Position numbers and translations under genes: made by a program. A DNA stretch of 64,000 bases from Bradymonadia bacterium (GTDB lineage Bacteria; Myxococcota_A; Bradymonadia; UBA7976; UBA1532), in the NCBI GenBank assembly GCA_046290225.1, contig JBKAGE010000035.1, positions 160,001 to 224,000 on the forward strand, given 5' to 3'. Within the stretch, counting starts at the first letter, position 1, and every line of letters starts with the position of its first letter. The notes under the pieces are model-generated. The model ran no database searches. It was not told where the DNA came from and saw only the letters and a program-made list of their open reading frames with translations. Of the stretch, positions 33,811-42,757 are shown piece by piece.

Positions 33811-36717
33811 ATGATGGCTTTCAAATGGATTGTCATGGCGGGCGCGACGGCATGCCTCTGGACCGGTGTGGCCCAGGCACAGACCGCCACGAGCTGCTCC
33901 AGCATTCTGCGCAACGGTTTGAGCGTCGGTGACGGTGTGTACACCATCGACCCTGATGGGGTCGGCGGCCGAGATGCCTTCGACGTGTACTGCGACATGA
34001 CCACCAATGGTGGTGGCTGGGCCATGCTCTACAACAGCGTTGGTGATCCTGGCGGCCAGACCACGGCCTTCTGGAACATCCCCTTCGCCGAGCGCTTCGA
34101 CACCAAGGGCACTGCCGCTGAAGCCAGCAACTTCTACGCAGGCTCCCTGTACCTCTATGGCACCGAGTACCGAGACGAGATCACCGATCTCGGCAACACG
34201 ACTGTAGAGGCCTTCCAGGCCACGGTGCAGGGCTTCAACAGCAACACCATGAACTTCACGAGCCCCACCCGGGTCTCGGGGAACGACACCATCTACAGCT
34301 GCCAGTTTGCAGGCAGCTGGGCCTCCCCGGACTACCCCGCAGGAGGCAACTGCGCGACATCTTACTCCAACGTCTCTCAGCACTACTGCGGTTGCTGGCA
34401 CTACAGCCTGGGCTCCAACGCCGAAACCAACCGTTTTGACAGCGGTTGGGGGCCTCACCTCCAAACGAGCGTGGCGAGTACTCTGGGCCTGTCGAACGAC
34501 GGAACAGCCTACTCCCGAGTGAACCGCATCGTACGGTGGGCACGCTGGGATGATGGTCAGATCATCGTGCCCGACGCCGACGGTGATGGGGTGAACGACG
34601 ACGTCGACAACTGCCCCAACGCCGCCAACGCAGATCAGGCCGACGGCGACGCTGATGGTGTGGGTGATGTGTGTGACGCCTGCCCGGCAGACGCCACGAA
34701 CGATGCAGATGGCGACAGTGTCTGCCAGGACGTGGACAACTGCCCCACTGTCGCCAACGCTGATCAGGCAGACGACAACGGTGATGGCTACGGCGACGCC
34801 TGTGTGAGCCCGCTGGCGAACATCCCCGAGACCGCCACCCTGGGCAATGACATCGTCATTGGCCCCGATGCGGTCATCGGCACCTACGCACAAATCGGCG
34901 ATGGCGCCACGGTGAACGGCTCGGTGGGCAACAGCGCAGTGATCGGCGCCGGCTCGGTTGTGCCGGCAGGTGTGACCGTAGGCAATGGCGCTCGCCTGGG
35001 CGCCAATGTGGGTCTCTCTTCAGGTTGCTCTGTGGGCGTACTCGCACAGTTGGGCGACAACATCACCGCCGGTATGAACTGCGCCTTCGGGAGTAAGGCC
35101 GAGGTCGGCGCAGGCAGCACCTTCGGCAACAACACCAGCGTCGGTACTCTGGCCATCGTCGGTGATGGCTCCAGCTTCGCCGATGGCGCCACCCTCGGGA
35201 ACAACAGCCAGGTCGGCGCCAGCGCTGATCTCCTCGCCGGTTCGACCATCGGCAGCAACACGCGTGTGGGCCACACCCTCAGCCTCGGTGCTGGTGCCAT
35301 CATCGAAGGCAACACTGAGATCGGCGACGAGGCGATCATCGGGGCGGGTGGCATCGTGCGCAGCTACGTGACGATTGGGAACAGCCTGGCCATGGGTGCT
35401 GGTGCTGAGTTCGCAGCGGGGTCAAGTGCCGGTGATGACGCCACTGTGGGCGAGAACACTGAGATTCGTGGCGAAATCGGCAACAACGTGACTCTGGAAG
35501 ACCGGGTGTTCATCGGCAACCAGAGCTCTGTGGGCGACAACAGCCACATGCACCACGACACCACTCTCGGCATCTTTGTCACCGTGGGCTCTGGCGTCAC
35601 CATCCACGACGACAGCGCCCTCTTCGACGGGGTCACCCTCGGCGACGACAGCACCGTGGGCGAGCGCACCACGATTCTGTTCCGGAGCACCATCGGCGCC
35701 CGTGCCAGCATTGGCGACGACGTCATTCTCGACGAGCAGAACACTGTGGGCACCGACCTTGTGCTGGGCAACAACAGCCGTCTCTGGCCTCGGAGCACCT
35801 ACGGCAACAACGTCAACATCGGCGCCAACGTGCTGATTCGCGACACCGCCGACATCGGCAGCGACGTCACCATCGAGGACGACGTGATCATCTTCCCCGA
35901 GACCACCATCGGCGAAGAGACCATCATTCGTCAGGGCGTCGAGCTTGGCGTGGCTGTGTGTGAGACCCAGGTGTGTGGACAGGTCACCATCGGCGGTTGC
36001 CGTGACGTGGCGGGCAACATCGGCGCCGGCGGCAGCAACGATGGGTCGTGCGAGACGGGGCTCATCATCGACATCGACACGGGTGCACGTGAGTGGGCGG
36101 ACAACACCTACGCCACCAGCTGCAACGAATACCGCAACCCCTCGGTGGCGCCTTACACCTATGTCGACAACATCGGCGATGGCCTCTACACCATCGACCC
36201 CGACGGCCTCGGTGGCATCGACCCCTTCATCGTCACCTGCGACATGACCACCGACGGCGGTGGCTGGACCCGCATCGGCTACTCTGCTGATCTCGCATTT
36301 ACCCAGCACTTTGGAGGCAGTGACGCCCGCCGCTGGCTGCCCAGCGACTTCTCTCTCGAGCTCTCCGATGCTGAAATCAACGCCATCCGGGCTGTGTCGT
36401 CCGAGGGCAAGCAGACTTATGTGGGCCAATGCCGAGGCGTGCTCCACTACTTCCACACGAGCGGCAACAACTACGCCTATGCTGCAGGCTTCGAGTTCCA
36501 GGACGGCACCGTCACGCCCAACGCCACCGCCAACATCGGCAATGGTGTCACCGTCACCACTGACGACTGCCGTCTCAACGACAACGTCAACCGCACCACC
36601 GTCTTCGAGATCGACAACCTCGCGGTGCCCGTCGTGAACATCAACACTCGCGACAACGGCAACAGCGGTGAGCACTTCGGCAGCCCCCTCACCAGCAACC
36701 CCGCCTGGATGCGCTGA
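33811..36717 (+). CDS. Array paralog P8: P2-type head, TSP3, beta-helix, P7-type tip
   Basis: Head aligns to P2/P9 ([19 protein letters not shown]); tip nearly identical to that of P7. Confidence 0.86.
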   Translation: MMAFKWIVMAGATACLWTGVAQAQTATSCSSILRNGLSVGDGVYTIDPDGVGGRDAFDVYCDMTTNGGGWAMLYNSVGDPGGQTTAFWNIPFAERFDTKGTAAEASNFYAGSLYLYGTEYRDEITDLGNTTVEAFQATVQGFNSNTMNFTSPTRVSGNDTIYSCQFAGSWASPDYPAGGNCATSYSNVSQHYCGCWHYSLGSNAETNRFDSGWGPHLQTSVASTLGLSNDGTAYSRVNRIVRWARWDDGQIIVPDADGDGVNDDVDNCPNAANADQADGDADGVGDVCDACPADATNDADGDSVCQDVDNCPTVANADQADDNGDGYGDACVSPLANIPETATLGNDIVIGPDAVIGTYAQIGDGATVNGSVGNSAVIGAGSVVPAGVTVGNGARLGANVGLSSGCSVGVLAQLGDNITAGMNCAFGSKAEVGAGSTFGNNTSVGTLAIVGDGSSFADGATLGNNSQVGASADLLAGSTIGSNTRVGHTLSLGAGAIIEGNTEIGDEAIIGAGGIVRSYVTIGNSLAMGAGAEFAAGSSAGDDATVGENTEIRGEIGNNVTLEDRVFIGNQSSVGDNSHMHHDTTLGIFVTVGSGVTIHDDSALFDGVTLGDDSTVGERTTILFRSTIGARASIGDDVILDEQNTVGTDLVLGNNSRLWPRSTYGNNVNIGANVLIRDTADIGSDVTIEDDVIIFPETTIGEETIIRQGVELGVAVCETQVCGQVTIGGCRDVAGNIGAGGSNDGSCETGLIIDIDTGAREWADNTYATSCNEYRNPSVAPYTYVDNIGDGLYTIDPDGLGGIDPFIVTCDMTTDGGGWTRIGYSADLAFTQHFGGSDARRWLPSDFSLELSDAEINAIRAVSSEGKQTYVGQCRGVLHYFHTSGNNYAYAAGFEFQDGTVTPNATANIGNGVTVTTDDCRLNDNVNRTTVFEIDNLAVPVVNINTRDNGNSGEHFGSPLTSNPAWMR

Positions 36718-36841
36718 GCGCCCCTCACCTGCCATGGTTCTGGGGTTTGATTAAATCCCCACACGCTCTCCCGCCTCACACCTTCCCATCGAGCCTACCT
36801 ATCATTACACTGTAAGGGTCTTATCTACCCCTACGGAGACT

Positions 36842-39800
36842 GTGATGGGGATCAAACTGATCATGTGTGCAAGCGCAGCCACCATGTTGTACGTGGGCAT
36901 GGCTCAAGCGCAGACGCCGACGAGCTGCTCGAGCATTGTGAACAATGGGCTGAGCAACGGCGACGGTGTGTACACCATCGACCCCGACGGGGCCGGCGGC
37001 AACGCGGCCTTCGATGTGTATTGCGACATGACCACCGACGGCGGTGGCTGGGCCATGCTCTACAACAGCGTTGGTGATCCAGGTGGCCAGACCACGGCCT
37101 TCTGGCAGTTCCCATACGCAGAGCGCCTCAATGTGAAGGGCACCCCCAACCTCTCGAGCAACTTCTATGCAGGCTCTCTCTACATTTATGGAACAGAGTA
37201 TCGGGAGACTTTCACCGACATCGCTGGCACCACCGCCGAGGCCTACCGAGCGACGGCGACGGGCTTCAACACCACCAACATGCGGTTCACCAACCCCACT
37301 CTCCTGACAGGCACTGACAATGGCTATGCCTGCCAGTTCGCCTCTGGGTGGTCTTCGACGAACTATGACGGTGATACCAATGGTGGCAACTGTGCATCAT
37401 CATATTCGAGTGTGACTCAGCACTATTGTTCGTGCTGGACCTACAATCTCGGATCTGATGCCGACGCAGATCGCTTCGATGGTGGCTGGGGGCCCCATAT
37501 CTTCGGCAGCCGCCTCGATCCGCTCGGGCTCGTAAGCGACGGCACTCGATACAGCCGCCTGGGCGCTGTCACACGGTGGGTGCGTTGGGACGACGGCCAG
37601 GTCATCGTGCTCGACGCCGATGGTGATGGGGTGGTCGACAACGACGACAACTGCATCAATGACGCGAACGCTGATCAGACTGATGGCGATGGGGATGGTC
37701 AGGGGGACGTCTGCGACGCCTGCCCCTCGGACGCCACCAATGATGCCGATGGTGATGGCGTATGTCAGGACGTGGACAACTGCCCCACGGTGAGCAACGC
37801 CAACCAGGCAGACGACAACGGTGATGGCTACGGCGACGCCTGTGTGAGCCCGCTGGCGAACATCCCCGAGACCGCCACCCTGGGCAATGACATTGTCATT
37901 GGCCCTGATGCGGTCATCGGGCCTTACAGCCAGATCGGCGATGGCGCCACGGTGAACGGCTCAGTGGGCAGCAGCGTGGTCATCGGCGCGGGCTCGGTGG
38001 TCCCTGCGGGCGCCTCGGTGGAAAACGCCGCGCGTCTGGGTGCCAATGTCGGGCTCGGCACCGGCTGCACGGTGGGCGTGCTCGCTCAGATCGGCGACAA
38101 CGTCACCGCAGGGGCAAACTGCGTATTCGGGAGCAAGGCCAATGTAGGGGCCAACTCCAGCTTCGGCGCCAACACCAGCGTGGGTGCGCTCGCTCAGATC
38201 GGTGAAAGCACGAGCTTTGCCGATGGGGCCAGTCTGGGGAGCAACAGCATCTTGGGCGCCAGCGCCGATCTGCTCGCCGGTTCGAGCATCGGTAGCAACA
38301 CGCGTGTGGGCCACACCCTCAGCCTCGGTGCTGGTGGCCTCATCGAGAGCAACACGGTGATCGGCGACGAGGCGATCATCGGGGCAGGTGGGATCGTGCG
38401 GAGCTACGTGACGATCGGCAACAGCCTGGCCATGGGTACTGGTGCTGAGTTCGCAGCGGGGTCAAGTGCCGGTGATGACGCCACAGTGGGCGAAAACACT
38501 GAAATTCGTGGTGAAATCGGCAACAACGTGACTCTGGAAGACCGGGTGTTCATCGGCAACCAGAGCTCTGTGGGCGACAACAGCCACATGCACCACGACA
38601 CCACCCTCGGCATCTTCGTCACCGTGGGCTCTGGCGTCACCATCCACGACGACAGCGCCCTCTTCGACGGTGTCAGCCTCGGCGACGACAGCACCGTGGG
38701 TGAGCGCTCCATCATTCTGTTCCGTAGCACCATCGGCGCCCGTGCCAGCATCGGCGACGACACCATCATCGACGAAGCCAACACCATCGGCGACGACCTC
38801 ACCCTGGGCAGTAACAGCCGCATCTGGCCCCGGGGCACCTTCGGCCACACCGTCACCATGGGTGCCAATGTGCTGGTGCGCGACACCGCAACCATCGGGG
38901 ATGAAGTCACCCTCGAAGACGATGTGGTGTTGTTCCCCTCAACCACCGTGGGCGACGAGACCATCATCCGTCAGGGTGTCGGCCTCGGCGTAGCCAACTG
39001 CCCCACCCAGCGGTGTGGTCAGGTCACCATCGGCGGCTGTCTCGACGTGGCCACCGACGTCGATCCTCTGGGCACTGTGGACGGCCAGTGTGCTGGTGGC
39101 GACAGCCCTGAGAACCCCGGCGCCACCTGCTACAGCATCTTGCAACAAGATCCCGACGCTGAAGACGGCTTCTACTGGATCGATCCCAACGGCCGGGGGG
39201 TCGAGGACGCGTTCCAGGTAGAGTGCGACATGACCACTGACGGTGGCGGCTGGACGATCCTGCCCCACGATGCCATGGGCGTGCTCACCAATGATGACTC
39301 TGCGGGCTGGCCCAATGAGCTGGTCCGTCGCTACGACTACGGCATCCCCAACGACCAGTTCGAAGCCCTGGTGAACAACGCCCTCGAAGACCGGCAAAAC
39401 TTCTACAAAGAATGCCGCGACTCGCTGATCAACCAGGAGTACGGCGGCCAGCACAGCCGCTATGAGACCCTGAACGGGCAACTCTTCGACTCCACCATCG
39501 CTTACTTCGGCGGCGCTCAGACCGCATGTGATCTCAACGATCCGGTGGATCGTGTGGTGGACTACACCTTCGACAGCACTGAGAACATTCCGATCCTGGC
39601 TCTCTTCGGTGGGGACTCCGACGCTGGCGTCGAGATCTCGCGCTACCGCCTCGGCGCCTACCTGTCTCGTGGGCCGGGCAACCCGCCGCTCGGTGCTCTG
39701 GGCGTCGATCCGCTCAACCCCGCCGACAGCTGCCTGCACCTGCTCAACGAAGCCCCCACCACCGAGAGCGGCACGTACTGGATCGATCCCAACCTGGGCA

Positions 39801-40282
39801 GCGTGAGCGACGCGTTCCAGGTGGAATGCGACATGACCACCGACGGTGGTGGCTGGACCATCGTGGAGCACGACGCCATGGGCGTGCTGACCCCCGACGA
39901 CAACGTGGGCAACCCGGACCAGCTGGTCCGAGCCTACGATTACGGCACCTCGGACGCCCAGCTGGCAGCGCTCTCTGCAGCAGCCACGGTGAGGCGGCAG
40001 GACTTCTACAAAGAGTGCCGTGGTGCACTGATCAACATCGAGGTGCCCGGGGCCACACAGTACAACCGTTATGAGACACCCAATGGGCAGTTCTTCAACT
40101 CCACCATCGCCTACTTCGGCGGTGCCCTCACCGCCTGCGACAACAACGATGCTGTCGATCGCGTGGTGGACTACACCTTCGAGAACACCGAGAACATCCC
40201 CATCGTGGGCCTCTACGGCGGCGACTCGGATCACGGGTCGGAGATCGCCCGTTACCGCCTCGGCGCCTTCATCGTCCGCTGA
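36842..40282 (+). CDS. Array paralog P9: P2-type head, TSP3, beta-helix, two tandem Caspr/COLFI-like YCDxxxxGGGW tips
   Basis: Three [10 protein letters not shown] motifs; duplicated tip at about 39101-39670 and 39716-40282. Confidence 0.86.
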   Translation: MMGIKLIMCASAATMLYVGMAQAQTPTSCSSIVNNGLSNGDGVYTIDPDGAGGNAAFDVYCDMTTDGGGWAMLYNSVGDPGGQTTAFWQFPYAERLNVKGTPNLSSNFYAGSLYIYGTEYRETFTDIAGTTAEAYRATATGFNTTNMRFTNPTLLTGTDNGYACQFASGWSSTNYDGDTNGGNCASSYSSVTQHYCSCWTYNLGSDADADRFDGGWGPHIFGSRLDPLGLVSDGTRYSRLGAVTRWVRWDDGQVIVLDADGDGVVDNDDNCINDANADQTDGDGDGQGDVCDACPSDATNDADGDGVCQDVDNCPTVSNANQADDNGDGYGDACVSPLANIPETATLGNDIVIGPDAVIGPYSQIGDGATVNGSVGSSVVIGAGSVVPAGASVENAARLGANVGLGTGCTVGVLAQIGDNVTAGANCVFGSKANVGANSSFGANTSVGALAQIGESTSFADGASLGSNSILGASADLLAGSSIGSNTRVGHTLSLGAGGLIESNTVIGDEAIIGAGGIVRSYVTIGNSLAMGTGAEFAAGSSAGDDATVGENTEIRGEIGNNVTLEDRVFIGNQSSVGDNSHMHHDTTLGIFVTVGSGVTIHDDSALFDGVSLGDDSTVGERSIILFRSTIGARASIGDDTIIDEANTIGDDLTLGSNSRIWPRGTFGHTVTMGANVLVRDTATIGDEVTLEDDVVLFPSTTVGDETIIRQGVGLGVANCPTQRCGQVTIGGCLDVATDVDPLGTVDGQCAGGDSPENPGATCYSILQQDPDAEDGFYWIDPNGRGVEDAFQVECDMTTDGGGWTILPHDAMGVLTNDDSAGWPNELVRRYDYGIPNDQFEALVNNALEDRQNFYKECRDSLINQEYGGQHSRYETLNGQLFDSTIAYFGGAQTACDLNDPVDRVVDYTFDSTENIPILALFGGDSDAGVEISRYRLGAYLSRGPGNPPLGALGVDPLNPADSCLHLLNEAPTTESGTYWIDPNLGSVSDAFQVECDMTTDGGGWTIVEHDAMGVLTPDDNVGNPDQLVRAYDYGTSDAQLAALSAAATVRRQDFYKECRGALINIEVPGATQYNRYETPNGQFFNSTIAYFGGALTACDNNDAVDRVVDYTFENTENIPIVGLYGGDSDHGSEIARYRLGAFIVR

Positions 40283-40344
40283 GTGAGGGCGAGGCCCGTC
40301 GAGGCCTTCGCTTTCATGTCACCCCGCGCTAGAGTCCAGTCACC

Positions 40345-42486
40345 ATGCGGACTCACCCCATCTTCAATCTGCCCATTGATGTCTCTGTAGAAGACGCCGT
40401 CGAGGCCGCCTGCGCCGAAGACATCACCTTCATCGAACGCCGCCTGCGCCGCCGGGACAGCGTATTGGTGGAGTGCGACAAAGAGCTGGCGCTGTATCTG
40501 TACCTGTCGGTGCGTCAGCGCATGCGCAAGGACAAGAGCGCGCCGAAGCTGGTGCTCATCGACGGCCGCCCCAAGTCCGAAGAGGACGAGCTGCGAGGCA
40601 ACCTGGCCAACATGATGGTGCACCTCACCAACGCCATCCGAGGCAGCGTCGATCGCCGAGTGCTGGTGATGCCCCACCTCGACGTGCTCACCACCACGCA
40701 CACCGGGTTGACCATGGAAGCCCGGGAGGTGATCCCGCTGCTCTACGAGAACCCCGAGACTCAGATCCTGGCCTTTCGGGATCCGAGCTTCGACATCCCC
40801 AAGGTGATCGAGGGGGTCTTCGATGTGCGCCGCGAGGTGGTGGGGATCCCCCGTGAGGCCCTGCCCCGCATCGTGACCCAGCGCGAGGCGAAGGCCCTCG
40901 ACGCTGATCGTTTCGACCCCTTCGCGCTCTACACGTATCTCTCGGGGCAGAACCCCGTGCGCTGTCGCAAGCTGCTGGCCCCCCTCGCTGATCGCCGCGA
41001 GGCCATGCCCGGTCACGGCAAGCGGGCGGCGCGGGCGGTATATCGCACGATCAGAGAGGCCACCGCCGAGGCTGGGGAGGACATGGCCCTGCCCGACGTC
41101 GATCTGCACGCCGACGTCGGTGGCTACGACGAGGTGAAGGCCCGCCTCTCGGAAGATCTCATCGGCCTGGTGCACCGCCGTGACGCCCTCACGGAGCCTG
41201 CGGACATCCAGGCCCTGGAGAAGCTGCTCCCTCGAGGGATCATCTTTCACGGCCCTCCAGGCACCGGAAAAACCCACTTCGCCAAAGCCCTGGCCACAGC
41301 CCTCGACGCCACGGCCATCATCGTGAGCGGCCCCGAGCTCAAGAGCCAGTGGGTGGGGGCCAGCGAGGCCAACCTGCGCCGGGTGTTCCGCCGGGCCCGG
41401 GCGAGCGCCCCGGCCATCGTAGTCTTCGACGAGATCGACGCTTTCGCCCACGCCCGAGGCACCTACTCGGGCTCGGGCGTAGAGCACTCCATGGTGAATC
41501 AGCTGCTCACCGAGATGGACGGCTTCCGCAAGAACGAGATGGTCTTCGTCGTGGGCACCACGAACTTCCTGTCTTCACTCGACGGGGCCCTGCTCCGGCC
41601 CGGCCGTTTCGAGTTCCTCATCGAGATCCCCGCCCCCGATCCCCACGATCGCGCGGCCATCGTGTCGATCTACGATCAGAAGCTGAGTTTGGGCCTGAGC
41701 GACACCCAACGGGCTCATATCGTACGCCGCACCGAGGGGTATGCCGACCGGCAACAGGGGATCCCATTCACTGGGGATCACATCTACGCGGTGTGCCGCG
41801 CCCTCAAACGCCAGCAGCTGCGCACCGGGGCTCAGGCGGTGACGATGGAAGACATCGATCAGGCCCTCGAGCGTCGCACGCGGCGGCCTCTCACCCTCGG
41901 GGCCGCCGAGGAGCGTACGGTGGCGGTACACGAGGCTGGTCATGCGTTGCTGTCGATGCTCATCGAAGGCGCCACCCCACCAGAGCGCATCAGCATCACC
42001 CCCGACGCTCAGGGTGCGCTGGGGTACGTGCTGCAAGCGGCGAGGGCTCGCCCTTACACCATGACCGCCGACGACATGCGGGCGGAGATCTGCGTGGGCC
42101 TCGGCGGCAGAGCCGCGGAGCAGATCGTCAACGGCGCCGCGAGCATCGGGGCGTATGCTGATCTCAAACAGGCCACGGAGATCGCCCGGGCCATGGTGGA
42201 AGATTACGGCATGTCCCCTTTGGGCCCCATGGCCCGCCCCGAGCCGAGTCCACGACAGCCTGATCCACACAGCGAGTGGCGCCGCCGGCAGATCGACGAG
42301 GCCATCGCCGCGATCCTCGACGCCGAGGCAGAGCGGGCCGAGCAGGTGCTCCGCGCGCACCTGCCCCTGCACACGGCGCTGGTGGATCGACTGCTGGCGG
42401 AGAAGGTCATCGAAGGCGGCACGTTGTCGACCTTCGTGCAGATCAAGATCGACCCGAACGAGGTCGAGGGAGAGACCGATGGCTGA
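40345..42486 (+). CDS. Soluble FtsH-like AAA+ ATPase with M41 peptidase domain
   Basis: Walker A GPPGTGKT, Walker B VVFDEID, second region of homology LDGALLRPGRF, zinc motif HEAGH, LGGRAAE, DLKQAT; no transmembrane segment; N-terminal degenerate AAA-like region. Confidence 0.9.
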   Translation: MRTHPIFNLPIDVSVEDAVEAACAEDITFIERRLRRRDSVLVECDKELALYLYLSVRQRMRKDKSAPKLVLIDGRPKSEEDELRGNLANMMVHLTNAIRGSVDRRVLVMPHLDVLTTTHTGLTMEAREVIPLLYENPETQILAFRDPSFDIPKVIEGVFDVRREVVGIPREALPRIVTQREAKALDADRFDPFALYTYLSGQNPVRCRKLLAPLADRREAMPGHGKRAARAVYRTIREATAEAGEDMALPDVDLHADVGGYDEVKARLSEDLIGLVHRRDALTEPADIQALEKLLPRGIIFHGPPGTGKTHFAKALATALDATAIIVSGPELKSQWVGASEANLRRVFRRARASAPAIVVFDEIDAFAHARGTYSGSGVEHSMVNQLLTEMDGFRKNEMVFVVGTTNFLSSLDGALLRPGRFEFLIEIPAPDPHDRAAIVSIYDQKLSLGLSDTQRAHIVRRTEGYADRQQGIPFTGDHIYAVCRALKRQQLRTGAQAVTMEDIDQALERRTRRPLTLGAAEERTVAVHEAGHALLSMLIEGATPPERISITPDAQGALGYVLQAARARPYTMTADDMRAEICVGLGGRAAEQIVNGAASIGAYADLKQATEIARAMVEDYGMSPLGPMARPEPSPRQPDPHSEWRRRQIDEAIAAILDAEAERAEQVLRAHLPLHTALVDRLLAEKVIEGGTLSTFVQIKIDPNEVEGETDG

Positions 42487-42757
42487 GATCACCCTGACGC
42501 TCAAGCGCGATCCGCAGACTGGCCGCCGCGAGCTGATCGTGCACTACGAGTCAGAAGACGACGCTTTGCCCCACGAGCACGAGCGTGATCACCGCGACGC
42601 TGTGGAGGCTCTGCTCGGTCGATCTCTCGACGCGCTGATCGAAGAGCTCGGCGGCGTCGACGGCGTCGAGCTGGAACGCATCAGAAAGCCCACCGCCGAA
42701 GAATCGGCTCAGGCCGAAGCCACCGCCGCCCAGGCCCGTGAGCGCCTCAAGCATTGA
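42479..42757 (+). CDS. Small acidic protein, probable FtsH ternary system associated domain (fvmX3-like)
   Basis: ATG overlaps the end of the FtsH-like gene; MAEITLTLKRDPQTGRRELIVHYESEDDALPHEHERDHR; family call from memory only. Confidence 0.65.
   Translation: MAEITLTLKRDPQTGRRELIVHYESEDDALPHEHERDHRDAVEALLGRSLDALIEELGGVDGVELERIRKPTAEESAQAEATAAQARERLKH

Noticed and set aside
8067..40234. Many long antisense and alternative-frame ORFs (e.g. 30754-32526, 24005-25495, 83-1177, 58352-59512)
   Set aside because: Shadow ORFs expected from high GC3 codon bias opposite clearly identifiable genes
8103..40282. Diversity-generating retroelement acting on the Asn-rich tips
   Set aside because: No reverse transcriptase or non-coding template repeat in the window; P7/P8 tip differences are not adenine-specific. 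A remote DGR cannot be excluded.
8103..40282. LpxA/LpxD-like acyltransferase annotation for the hexapeptide proteins
   Set aside because: Signal peptides, many Cys, TSP3 repeats and excessive helix length argue against cytoplasmic acyltransferases
8103..40282. Polymorphic toxin-immunity locus
   Set aside because: No small immunity ORFs between genes and no nuclease, deaminase or other toxin motifs recognised in the tips
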